This document shows, one piece after another, positions 52,777-64,000 of a stretch of 64,000 bases of DNA. This DNA is from Haliotis rufescens (taxonomy: Eukaryota): NCBI RefSeq assembly GCF_023055435.1, contig NW_025964335.1, positions 1,736,001 through 1,800,000 on the forward strand. Reading direction: 5' to 3'. The position numbers were made by a program, and so were the translations under genes. Below the pieces are notes generated by a model that did not search any database, was not told the DNA's origin, and saw only the letters and a program-made list of their open reading frames with translations. The first letter of the stretch is position 1; each line of letters starts with the position of its first letter.

Positions 52777-53473
52777 CCATTCTACCATGAATTTGGAATT
52801 TACTCGATTCTGATTGGTCAATCAGAGGCTATAAAATCACAATAAACCCTCTCTGATTGAAACAGCTGGTTTGACGGCCGCATCACCGCGGAAGCTAATA
52901 TTCATAGAATAGTACTATTTTCAGTCATTGTCGGTAGGCATATCTAAATAATTATATCTACAATTACAGGTCACAAAATGCACAGATGCGGTTACTACAA
53001 TATTCAAAGGATGTGTGGCAATACATTTTGTGCAGAAAAACACGACAGAAATCAACAAAGGGAATGTATTTACGTTTTGGAGACAACAGAGAGCTTGGAA
53101 TTTTGGCGTTTTTCTATATACGACTGTGACGTCATATTTTTTGCGTCACAATGAGCGATATGACGTCATAATGGTGACGTGCGATGTAGAGCGAAAGCCT
53201 TGCAAAGCTGGCTTTGTTTTCTTTAAGGATGCCCACTTCATGTTAGCTTACCAAGTTGCCGTGCTTATATGCTTTCAATGCCTCTCATATGTTCGAGTGA
53301 AGTATTACGGTGTAAACAAACTGCTTGAGTATATACAGCACCATATTTTGTTCGGTGATTCCGTAATTCAGATTGATAACCCACTCAAAACACTGAACTG
53401 AACCCATGCCACTTCACTCAGTATATTTGCTGACACCAAAGAGTTCGCGTTTTATTTAGTCATGGTAGAATGG
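52777..53473. mobile_element. Non-autonomous DNA transposon with 14-bp perfect terminal inverted repeats; partial relative at ~44925-45185
   Basis: ccattctaccatga (52777-52790) / tcatggtagaatgg (53460-53473); absent upstream of paralog D. Confidence 0.7.
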
Positions 53474-56410
53474 AGATAAAAATACTGTGTTTTCAATGAA
53501 GAGCTAGGTTACCTGTAGATTTAACTGCGCTATAACATGGTTCTGTTCAGGAAATTAAATAAGGTGTCTTCAGATTTGTGGGTATTTCTGAGTATTTGAT
53601 AACTGGATGCTTTTTTGAAACCGTTACCCTTAGCACACACAAACTGCTTATCAACGATTGTCGGTGATTTCCCTGAATATTCTCTGGCTTTGTGAAATCT
53701 CACTGTTTAGAGACAGGCATGGTGTCACTCTGGAAGACTAGGTGGAATATTCTAGATTCAGGATGCAATTGATCACGTTGTATTCTGAATCACCTTTTTT
53801 GCAGAATGCGGAACAAAATCAGCAACGCCGCCAAGCACACTGGAATTTGAAACTGAGAAAAAGACATTTTGCTAAAAAGGTACCTCCTCTCCTTCGCTTA
53901 GGAATACATGAAGACTATAGTGGTCTCTAATACCGTTTTGTTTCTGTTTAATTTATGGAGAAGAACATTCAATGTCTTTGTGAGTGAGTTACAATTCAAC
54001 ATCTCTCCATCAACATCTCAACCATATAGTAACGGGATCAAATAGGACATTCATTCAAATTATATTTCTTATTAACTATACCTTTTATTAGCTTCGCCCT
54101 GAGACCATACATACATCTGAAACCTCTTATGGGTTTTACTCAGCCATTGAAATGTGTTTTTTCGTGTAGTTAGTAGTGTGATCATCATCCTCAATTCGAT
54201 CGACTGCATATCCTCGCATACTATGTACTCAGAAACAACTGGATCAATAAAGGTGAAATGACGACATGCCTGTTCCTACTTGTAGTGACTCTAGAATGCG
54301 CGAGCATGGTTTCACACCGCCTTTTGCAATATCCCAGCAACATCGCGGCGGGGGTCACCAGAAATGGGCTTCACACATTGTACCCATGTAGGGGGACGAG
54401 CAAACGCTTTAACCACTAGCATACCCCACCGCTCTTAGTGCCTCGAGAAGTTGTACGTAATGGAACCGTCGAAAAACAGTTCTGGATCTTTTCGTGATTT
54501 ATGTTTCCAACAACAGTTTGAATAAAGTTTGTCTTGTTTTTCGAAAATATACATCCACTATCGTGTGAACATGTCTGACCAACTTACGTGCTAATGTCTT
54601 CGAAATAATTGTACCTGAAGAAAAGTGAAATCCACAAAACGTTATCTTTAAGTCGAGTCAAATAAAACTGCATATATTTCATTGATTGTAATATTGAATA
54701 AAGTGCCAGAAAGAATACTGACTTGAGGGACACCGTGATCCTCGTTGTAATGATCAGACAGAGTTGAACCCAGACGAACGGTAGATTGTCTACTTTTTAC
54801 AAGTGGAGATATGAAAGGAGACACAAAAGATCTGTAAATAATCTAAACTATGATACACTGAAAATGTACATCTGAAACAAATACAACGGATGCTACACAG
54901 ATCATGCACATCTGTAAATAATACAACTTATGATACACAGATCATGTACATCTGTTAAAGAATACAACTTATGATGCACTGATCATTATTGTTCTACATA
55001 ATCACGGTGGGGGACACCAGAAATGGGCTTCACACATTGTACCCATGTGGGGATTCAAACACGCTTCAACCAACAGGCTGCCGCACATTTATAGTAGCCC
55101 TGATGCTTTTTCCTATGAAACCTCCTTGACGTCACTGTGTAGATCGGTGAAAAATATTGACTAGAGGTACACACGCCTCCTTTCTGAACACATACTGAAA
55201 AGAGGATTGGAATATAAAGCTGCAGTGGCCTATCACCCCATCCGTTCCATGTTTAACGTAAGTTCTTTTCTATATTTCACGACTGTCGCCCTGCAGCCTT
55301 CCCAAATGTTTGGAGATTTTACAACCGCTTCGTCGCTGTCGACCGGCATACCACATACATGTGAGTGAGTGAGTATTGTTTTACGCCGCTTTCAGCAATT
55401 TCACGGCGGGGGACACCAGAAATGGGCTTCGCACATTGTACCCATGTCGGGAATCGAACCCGGGTCTTCGGCGTGGCGAGCGAACGCTTTAACCACTAGG
55501 CTACCCGACCGCCCTCCCCATACATGTATATAAGTTAGATTTTCTTCAGAAGAAAGATGTGTGCCATGTATGGAAGATTCTCCGATAAATATCAGATGAT
55601 TTCTGTATGTAGAACACATATTATTCATATAAAGTATGCCCTGCAAGTTAAAATCGTGTAAACGCCCGAGCTTGCGTTCAAAGCTTTCATACCCAAGTTA
55701 ACCAACACAATGTGAGAGTCACTTCTTATAAATTCGTGTTTTGAGGTTTAAGGGATGCCAATTTTACTGTGACGCTCATTTTAGACGATTACGTTACCCC
55801 TTACATTGGAATGCAGTGACCCACCAGCTGATATATTCGTCACAGTTACGCAAAGCCTTGTAGTTCCAATTCCATAAATAAGAAACACAACTCACTGTAA
55901 ATCAACGAGAGTTACTTTTATTAACTTAACATCAGAATTGACTTTCCATTTCTCACCCGACCTTCACCTGAAAGAAGTTACCAAATATGTACAACATATG
56001 TTGACGTATGACATCACAACCGTTTATCGACTTTTACAAAATGGCGTGTCCACTGACATCAGTATGTGGGATTGTACGTGAGAACTTTCGTTGATTCAGG
56101 GATCGTACATACATACAACATTTTGACAATATGCGTTTTGTTATTTGTTTTTATGTTTTTCATGTAATTGTAACCAAGAGAAATAGTCAGAAATGCTGAT
56201 GAAAAACGTTGTTGTTGTGTGTGATTTTGCGTCAGTCATGCCGTCACACAGGACGGAGACTTTTAACAATTTCTTTTGAATTTTACCAAATCACTGTAAT
56301 GTATCTATTTTCTTATTCCACAATTGCTACGATACTCTTCCCATACATATTCTAAAAATATAGAGCCATAATATTTCTCAAAAAAGGAGAAAATACTGCA
56401 CACTATAATA

Positions 56411-56614
56411 CAGTCAAGTCTCGTTAATCCGACACTCGTTAATACGACCATCTTTATCCCTTTTTTATTAAACATGTTCGAATCGTAATGTATCGTGTAG
56501 TTTCCAATTTTCGATCACGAACGTTGATACTACCTAATTACGTTTATCCGACATACTCGTTAATCCGACATAATTATATTCAACCACCAATGTCGGATTA
56601 AAAGGACTTGACTG
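56411..56614. mobile_element. Tigger/pogo-like MITE
   Basis: ta|cagtcaagtctcgttaatccgaca ... tgtcggattaaaaggacttgactg; internal repeats of cgttaatccgaca; empty site in paralogs (~25012, ~39155). Confidence 0.8.
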
Positions 56615-57767
56615 AATTGTGCTTTGTTTACATTTCAAACAAGTGTTGTTTTTTTCCGAGCACAGTGTTCGCTTTCACACCAAATGTATTTTGCTTGAAT
56701 TCATCCAGACAGTTTGTATTGGTGACAAAGGCCATTTATCATTTGATTCTAAAATGTATGAGCAATTCAGGGATCTATGTATCGCAGTCTTTGACTAAAT
56801 ATCCACCACCCGTGAACGTGATTGACTGTTCCATATGGAGGAAGGTCACTTGGGCGTTCGTGTTTGCGTATTTTCCAAAACATTTTCGGGTTGTCGGCGA
56901 CGTTTCACAATAATCATTGGTGATTTGAAAAAAAATATATAGCAGAGATCATAATGCGAATATGTAAATAAGTGTTGCAATCTTGAGTGAAAAAGAAACG
57001 TAAAATTAATTTATTGTCCGACGTCGCCGACCATCACGATCGTGGTAAGGAGGGGAGAGAATGAGAAATTGTTCCACTCGGGAATTCCCTATGAAAAGTC
57101 CAAAATCGTGTAAACGTCAAAAGGTGAAGTTTTATAGTTTGTAAACGCCACTTTTTGAAGTTTGTTGAAAATTAAACGGTCAGCAAATAAACCAATAAAA
57201 TCGTCGAAATTACCTTAAAATTAAAATAAGACTTTTTATCCTTTTTCAGCTGAAACGGGAGGCAAATAGGCGTTTATATGGCGAGTATAGAAGCAATCGT
57301 GGATTCTATTCACATAAACAGTTTGTGTTCTTCGTCAGGCAAACATGAAGATTCTGGTTATAATTGGTCTTCAGCAAAGCATGCGTGTCGTAAAAAGCAA
57401 CTGAAGGGATCGGTGCTCAGGTTTGTTGACTTACTTGAAGCATGTCATCGTATTCAAATTGCGTAGATCGATGTTCATGATGTCAATCACTAGAGTGTCT
57501 GGTCCAGACTTGATTATTTACAGACCGCTGTCATCAAGCTGCAATATTGCTGAGTGCGGCATTAAACAAGAGACACAGAAAAACCCTTGTCAGATATTAC
57601 TGCAACTGAACAGTCTCAGCTCCAATACCAATACCAAAACAAGGCACAACACATATATCGCTTCAAAACATCAACTGTACTGAAATTAATACAGATCACT
57701 AAACAAGTCTGGTACAATGCAAGGTCGATTATATTAATTCACCGAAACAGGAGATGGGAAATAACAT

Positions 57768-58553
57768 TGCACTCCCGGTTATAAGTATATGTAATAGATA
57801 TAAACTTGAGTGATCTATTGTGCATGAATTAGATTGTCAATTAAGTGTTTAATTGAATGTATGTAATTGTATTCGTATGTACTAGCTACGTATTTTAAAT
57901 GTACTTAAAGTGTATCACACGGGAGTTCAGGTGGCGGCAAAATATATTTGATTAATTGGTTTGGGGATTGAATTACAGTGTGCAGAGTACGTGGAAGGGT
58001 AGGAAATCCCGGGGATATGAAGAGAGCTAGGGACAGAACAACCAAAGGGATTTAAGAGAGACTAATAGTTAAGATTGACTATATGACATGAACAAAGGGG
58101 GTATGGTCCAACCCATGTAGGTGTTAGTAAGGAGAATGAATCACGGACTAAATAGATTGGATTAGCCTAGGAGAACGAGGTTAGAACCTATTACAAGTCA
58201 CTAAGTAGATGTTTAACTACTCAATCTCGAGTTTAATTAATAGTGCAAGGGGAGGAGAACCAGAACGGGCCAACGTGACAGTCAACCTAGTGACGTCATA
58301 TTAATTAATCATTAGACTGGAAGGGAGTTTGGGGAATAAAACGAGGAGGAAAATCGTCAGTCGGGGAGACGGTTTTCGGGACGCAAACAGTTAGGTTAGA
58401 GGTCACTGCGCTCCTAGTAATTCAGATTGCTTCCAGTACGTTTGCGAAGTATCTGGTTACTGTAAAACCAGTTTGATTAAAATTATTTACTGATCGAAAT
58501 CAAGTTGTCTTCTTCCTGCTGTGTTGCCTCCTGGATGTGAAGATCCGGTTACA
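57768..58553 (+). mobile_element. Solo LTR-like insertion (TG...CA)
   Basis: Ends TGCACTCCCGG ... CCGGTTACA; attaaa ~70 bp before the end; absent from paralogous spacers (23600-23670, 37745-37810). Confidence 0.6.
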
Positions 58554-60906
58554 CTAAACAAGTCTGGTACAATGCAAGGTCGATTATATTAATTTACCAA
58601 AACAAGTGATGGAAAATAACATTTCACGCACTGAATACTAGTTCACTGAGTATATATCCCAGAGGTCGTAACTCAGGACGGATGGACACAAAGGCTACAG
58701 GTTTATAATCAGCCGACACATTCAAGGCAATCCTGAACGGAGTGGTCAATGTTCCGGAGACCCGCACTGTTTACACAGAAGTCGGACGTCGAATCTTCAA
58801 CGTTCAGGCGGGGTTCGGATCTGACGCCACGACGAACCGTACAATCCGTCCGCTGCTATCGATGATCTGGTCCGGTCTCTCTGGTTGACCATGTCAGCCA
58901 GTTTTTTTTGGTGATGCATTACATAACGTGGTGCAATGTCAGTGACCCATGTACAAGTACATACGTAAGGTCCGATGACGTGGGGGTGTTAATTGACATT
59001 TATAGCTGACTCTGGGGATAAATAGTCCCGTCCGGAAGAGGCTAAAGATTAAAGGGGATGCGCCGAGTGTTTGCTGAAAATAATATACAGACAAAGGAAA
59101 TAGAATGTCGGTTTACTTTGGAAACATATTGAAATAGTATTTTGGATAAATGAAGTTGCAAAGAAACCTATTGACGTTGTTTGAATACCCATGAACGTCA
59201 TGGAGATTTTATCCCCAAAGGGGTATTGAAAATAGTTACAATATTTGAAGTACCAGCATACAGTAAAAATTCATATGCCATCGACTTGTTGAGAAGGATT
59301 TGATACAGGCCATGATCTGGAATACTTTGATTGCAATGGTATCAGGTCAGTGATAAAGGCGCGAATATTAAAATAAATGGATAACAGAATTGTTAACAAC
59401 GGTCAAACAATCGCCTGTTTAGTCGGAATTCCAGACTGACCACCTAGTATCACATTTTTTAAAAATAGACAATAGTCTTTGTTCAGCTTAATTATACTGA
59501 TGATGTAAGGACAAAGACATAACATGGATAATGCGTCGGTCGTTTGCATATGAATGTAGTATTTTCATGAAAACAGCACATCCTTGCAAATCTTATACTG
59601 TGAGCTTGAACTAGGCAAGGCCAGCAGAGGTAAAGGTAAAATGAGTGTGAAGGAAAACCAAACCAACTTCAAACGTCTAAACTGGAATGTAAAATAAAAT
59701 ACAACCACGAGAATGTGTCTCAAAGATATTTTGACGAATTGTATTTGTATAGCAGAGACTGTTGAAGTTATTTTAAGCTAAAAATCACTTTGGCATAAAA
59801 CAGAGAGTATTATGCTGACTATATACACAGAATATATAAGCTTGTCAGAAAAACGGGCAACAGGCTGTGGATTATTATTTTGTTTGTTTGCTTGACCACC
59901 CGAACCCGTTATCCTCTTATGACAAGCATGGGTTGCTGGAGAACAGTTCTGACCCGGATCTGAAATGGTTAGGAAATATCTTCCTTGTCTGATGTTTAAA
60001 TATTTTTCACAAACTTCCAAGATCAAGTGAAATAATAAGTCTCCAGATCATGTTTGATGACATATGTGGGTGATTGATATACTGAAGAAAAAATAAATTG
60101 AAGGTTCTTTGATCTATTTGCTCCCCACCACGACATGTCAACAAAAGCAGTTTCCTTGGAACATATATAACGTCTAACAATGTAATATAACTTGAGGCAA
60201 TGCTAGTTATGCGTCAAAGTCCTTCAGACTTACCATGATCCTATTATCATGGTCTCAAAACCCAGATTTGTTCAAATTATGTACCATTGAATTTAGCACC
60301 AACTGGTACCAGGAGCCATTGCCAAGTGAGTACACGTCTACATCCTGCATCACTTCGGATTTCCTCCCATATTTACCTGACACCTAAGTGATATTTCTGG
60401 AATTATGTTTAACGTGAGTGAGTGAGTTGGCCTTCACGCAGCTTTTAACAATATTCCAGTTATATCACATTGTGTCAGCCTAATGTAGGAGGAAAGCCCG
60501 AAGTCATGCGTGGCTAAGACGTGTAACACTTTGATAAAAGCCACGAGCACGGGTATGGTACTAACAAACCAAGAAACATAATCGGGGCGAAGCAGGATTA
60601 GAACCCACAATCAAAGGTTTCTGGCGTGCACAAGGGACGCACATCTACACAGTGAATTGTGGCACCTCAGACGACTGGGCCACTGTTGAAGACACATGTC
60701 AACTGTATCACAGCGGTGTGTATATAGTCGAGTCTGCACCACACAATTCAGGGACTAACATAACGAGCATCGATACAGGCAATTGAGATGCGATGACATG
60801 CAAACGACAAAGTCTCGGAGCTTGGCCACCAGATGTGGCGACAAGCATAGATTTCCGGGGACATATGCCTTGTCCATTAATCGCCACTGGATACAAAGAG
60901 CACATC

Positions 60907-63642
60907 TCACTCAATGTAGGAATATGCTTGATTCTCTGACTTGATCTGTTGACACACTGTCAGATATTATAACGTAATCGATAACAGTTGCAGTAATGAT
61001 ACTGCAAGCATAACATTGTTTAACATTTGTACAAAGATGTATGACATGAGTTGTCCAGTAAGAAGAGACATAACAGCATACCCTACCATATCCATTATGG
61101 ATGATATACCATACAGTATGGATCTATGCCTACTGGTATCAAGAGCCCATGTCTGAACTGCCGAGAACATAGGGGCACAAACTACTGCTAAAATGCTTGT
61201 CCCTACCCACAACCATGTGGTATATATTTCCGATACGTATATAAGCATGACAGATATCATTATGGCACCAGCTGTGCATACATTAATTTAAACAGTCTGT
61301 GATATAATTAGGCTGCCTAGCGTACCAAGTAAACGTCCAATTATGATGCCGGCATAAAATGATATGGATACATTTGCCATCTGTTTTTTACTTACATATA
61401 ATTTGCAGTGAATGCCAAATGTTGGTAAGAATTGTCCATATACAAAGATCATAGTCCCACAGATCGTAGTGTATATCATTATAATGAATAGATATATGCC
61501 GTCAGTAATGCTCATTGAGCTGATGCTCTTCTCCTTCAGCTGATTTTCGTTCATGTCTATTTTCTCTTGAAACAACTGGTGTGCGAGTAAATAACATAAA
61601 AAACAAGTACTTCTAGACTAGCTATAACGAAAAACCCGTACATTACATCAGAAATTGTAACATAATTCGTCTTGTGAGTGTGCTCTGTTGTTATGTGAGA
61701 CAAATGTTGTATTGTCATAATAAAAGACTGATCCATTGTGATTGGCATTGTGAAGACCATAGACATTGTCAGATAGAAAAAGGGAGATAGCTAATTGTCC
61801 TGTAAGTTGTCCTACAGTCATTGCAAGGTTCATGACATGAATGGATCCTGCGTGTTCTTTACTCAACTCCCCGGAGAGGACAGTCGTAGCTGTAAAAAAC
61901 AAAATATATTCTGACAACATGGAGTCGAGACACATTATTAAGAAGTTCTCTCAAGTTAAGTGGACAATTAGTTTCTGTCATCAGAGCTGAACTTAACCTT
62001 TAGGCACAAAGCACAAAGAGGCGTGACTTAGTTTCATCTCCAAAAGCCTGGTAGTTTTTAGCTCTATAAGTCTGGTAGTTTCAGCTCTATAAGTCTGGTA
62101 GTTTCAGCTCTATAAGCCTGGTAGTTTTTAGATCGATAAGCCTGGTAGTTTCAGCTCTATAAGCCTAATAGTTCCAGATGAGGTATCAAATAAGTAAAAG
62201 TTGGCGAGTTAAAAAAGAATAATCTAGATAACAAACATCCTAGTGACCGAAACTCAACTGTAACCACACATATGAGGTGATAGCTTATGTTTTCTAATGT
62301 CCTTAGCATCCACCTACCAAATACAATATAAAAACAATTCAGGCTTCATGACACCACCACCGTATTGAGGACAGCACATGCCCAATGGCCAAAGATTAAA
62401 ACAGACCTTCCAAGGCCCTTAGGTTCCTTAATAACAAAGTCATAAGCATCAATGTTAGTTGGTTGGTTTGGTTATTGCCGCACTCAGCAATATTCCAGCT
62501 ATATGACAGCGGTCTATAAATAATCGAGTCTGGACCAGACGACCCAGTGATTGATATTGATGCATCAACCAAGTCAGCGAGCCTGACCACCCTATCCCCT
62601 TAGTCGCCTCTTACGACAAGCAGAGTGGCCTTTTACAGCAAGCAAGTCCTTCAAACTTCGTTATAAGTGTATAACTATGTTTCCTTTAGTGTGTAAGTAA
62701 CCATTTTTCCTAGACTGGTTAAGTCATTGTTGAAATGTTAGACATTCAGAGCAATCTACAAAATGTGACTTGTAGCATGTCACATGTAGCATGACACGCG
62801 ATGCTGTTCTATACTATGACCTCTACATGGAACTTTCAGACGTCCTTACTCACTGGCACTTTCTCTTTTAATGAACAACCGGTTGTGCAGAACATGCTTG
62901 CTCGTTTCTCGAACACCTTATGTCATCACAGATTTCCAAAGAACTATCCACAAAACTTTCTTCACTTTTTTGCCTTTTAAGGACATAATTCGGCAGATTT
63001 TCGAGACTCATTATTGTCCGGCGTTTAAGTTTTGGACTTACCATGTATTGCAATTCCATTGAGCAATCCAGCTCCACCAGACAACACCAGTGCCATCCAA
63101 AATGAAGAGATGACGGGCACAGCAGCTAAGATGCAACAAGTTGTGGTTATAGTGGTGGCAGCGACTCCATAGATATTGAAGCGACCAGGGATTTTTCAAG
63201 AACAGTAGGGACCCTATTACCCTACCTGCTGATATGACCGGATGAAATAGACTGACCTTCTGCTGTGTCACATTAAAGATACATTGTAGATCTCGCAGTG
63301 CAGGGCCCAAACAACTATCAACCATGCCCTGTGGAGAAACACATTATAAGTTAATTCAAACTGTGAAACTAAAATGATATAACGGAATGGTTAGGATAGT
63401 AATATGCGATTGTGTACAGATCACTTATAGTAATATGAAAGACTCAGATTTCATTAGATCTTCTTTTGAGTAGCATATATACTGAGACTATTCAGTATGA
63501 GAGAGCTGGTCCAACGTCGAATGTAAGGTAAACAAAAGAAGAAATTCTTGAATGAGACAACTCAGTATCATATACTTACATCCAACAAGGCTATCAAACA
63601 CAGAAACCCTATCCGGATACATAGCCGTATAGATGTTTTCAT
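60907..63642 (-). pseudogene. MFS transporter copy G pseudogene (exons 63642-63580, 63328-63042, 61889-60907)
   Basis: Paralog of C and E; +1 A in exon 2 (~63194); 5-bp deletion at ~61652; in-frame TAA at ~61288 and ~60967. Confidence 0.87.
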
Positions 63643-64000
63643 CTTGTGGATGTACGAGGCAAAGAAAGCTGTTTCGTTACAGGTTTGCTTTTGTCATCTG
63701 TTTCGCGTGTGTATGCATTCAACAGTTTCCAAAAAACAAAATCTGTTAGTCATATTGCAAATCGCATAGAGTTACTTTGAAAAAAATCTTGATTAATAAA
63801 CAGTGATGTGGATCTGTAACTATCTGTGGATATGTTATTCGAAGGTTGAAATAAAATTTATTTCTCCAAAACCCGTTTACCAGCGTTCATTTTGATATCT
63901 CTCAATCTTTATCCAACTCTGGGGTTTGCTATATCCCTCGTTTCCTAACATGGTTTGAGGTACATGAAGACACAATCATTGTCAACCAACCAACCAACAA

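Larger units (their letters stand above)
46039..64000 (-). repeat. Right arm of large inverted segmental duplication (may extend beyond the window)
   Basis: Mirrored ORF-track pairs, e.g. 31603-/46055+, 29133+/47947-, 21569+/60708-, 18483-/63548+. Confidence 0.9.

Noticed and set aside
52538-52780. ORF-track 80-aa ORF (MVIEQRETAEADD...) as exon 1 of gene F
   Set aside because: Its frame gives a phase 1 donor, incompatible with the phase 0 exon 2; the alternative frame (MEGSTQAF...VQD) aligns with exon 1 of C, E and G
59049-59270. Private insertion starting ttaa|aggggatg in the G spacer
   Set aside because: Real relative to the paralogs, but only one putative terminus is visible, so it cannot be classified

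Overview
This is AT-rich, intron-containing animal DNA. The SINE, LINE and Penelope repertoire looks molluscan (gastropod/abalone-like); that assignment is an inference. The window holds a birth-and-death cluster of seven copies (A-G) of a three-exon MFS transporter gene of the MFSD4/NaGLT1 (sodium-dependent glucose transporter 1-like) family. Exon 1 is 63 nt, exon 2 is 286 nt and exon 3 is about 985 nt. Copies E (+, 32509-35733) and F (-, 47947-52701) splice into intact proteins of about 445 aa. Copy A is open over the two exons present. B, C, D and G are pseudogenes. The cluster was built by a direct duplication (~18.3-27.2 kb vs ~32.2-41.55 kb) and a large inverted duplication (~18.26-31.94 kb vs ~46.04-64.0 kb); the copies are mosaic, suggesting gene conversion. 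The rest is transposon debris: Nimb/I-like and RTE-X/L2-like LINEs, Penelope-like elements, mariner/Tc1 remnants, MITEs, a THAP remnant, a solo LTR and at least four SINE families. The most unusual signals are: (i) a covarying four-way-junction RNA with kissing loops, shared by the 5' end of a Nimb LINE and a high-copy non-tRNA SINE; (ii) LINE ORF1s that start with a hydrophobic signal-like 2A (StopGo) peptide; (iii) a solo LTR flanked by a ~72-bp duplication. All alignments and folds were done by eye; no searches were run.
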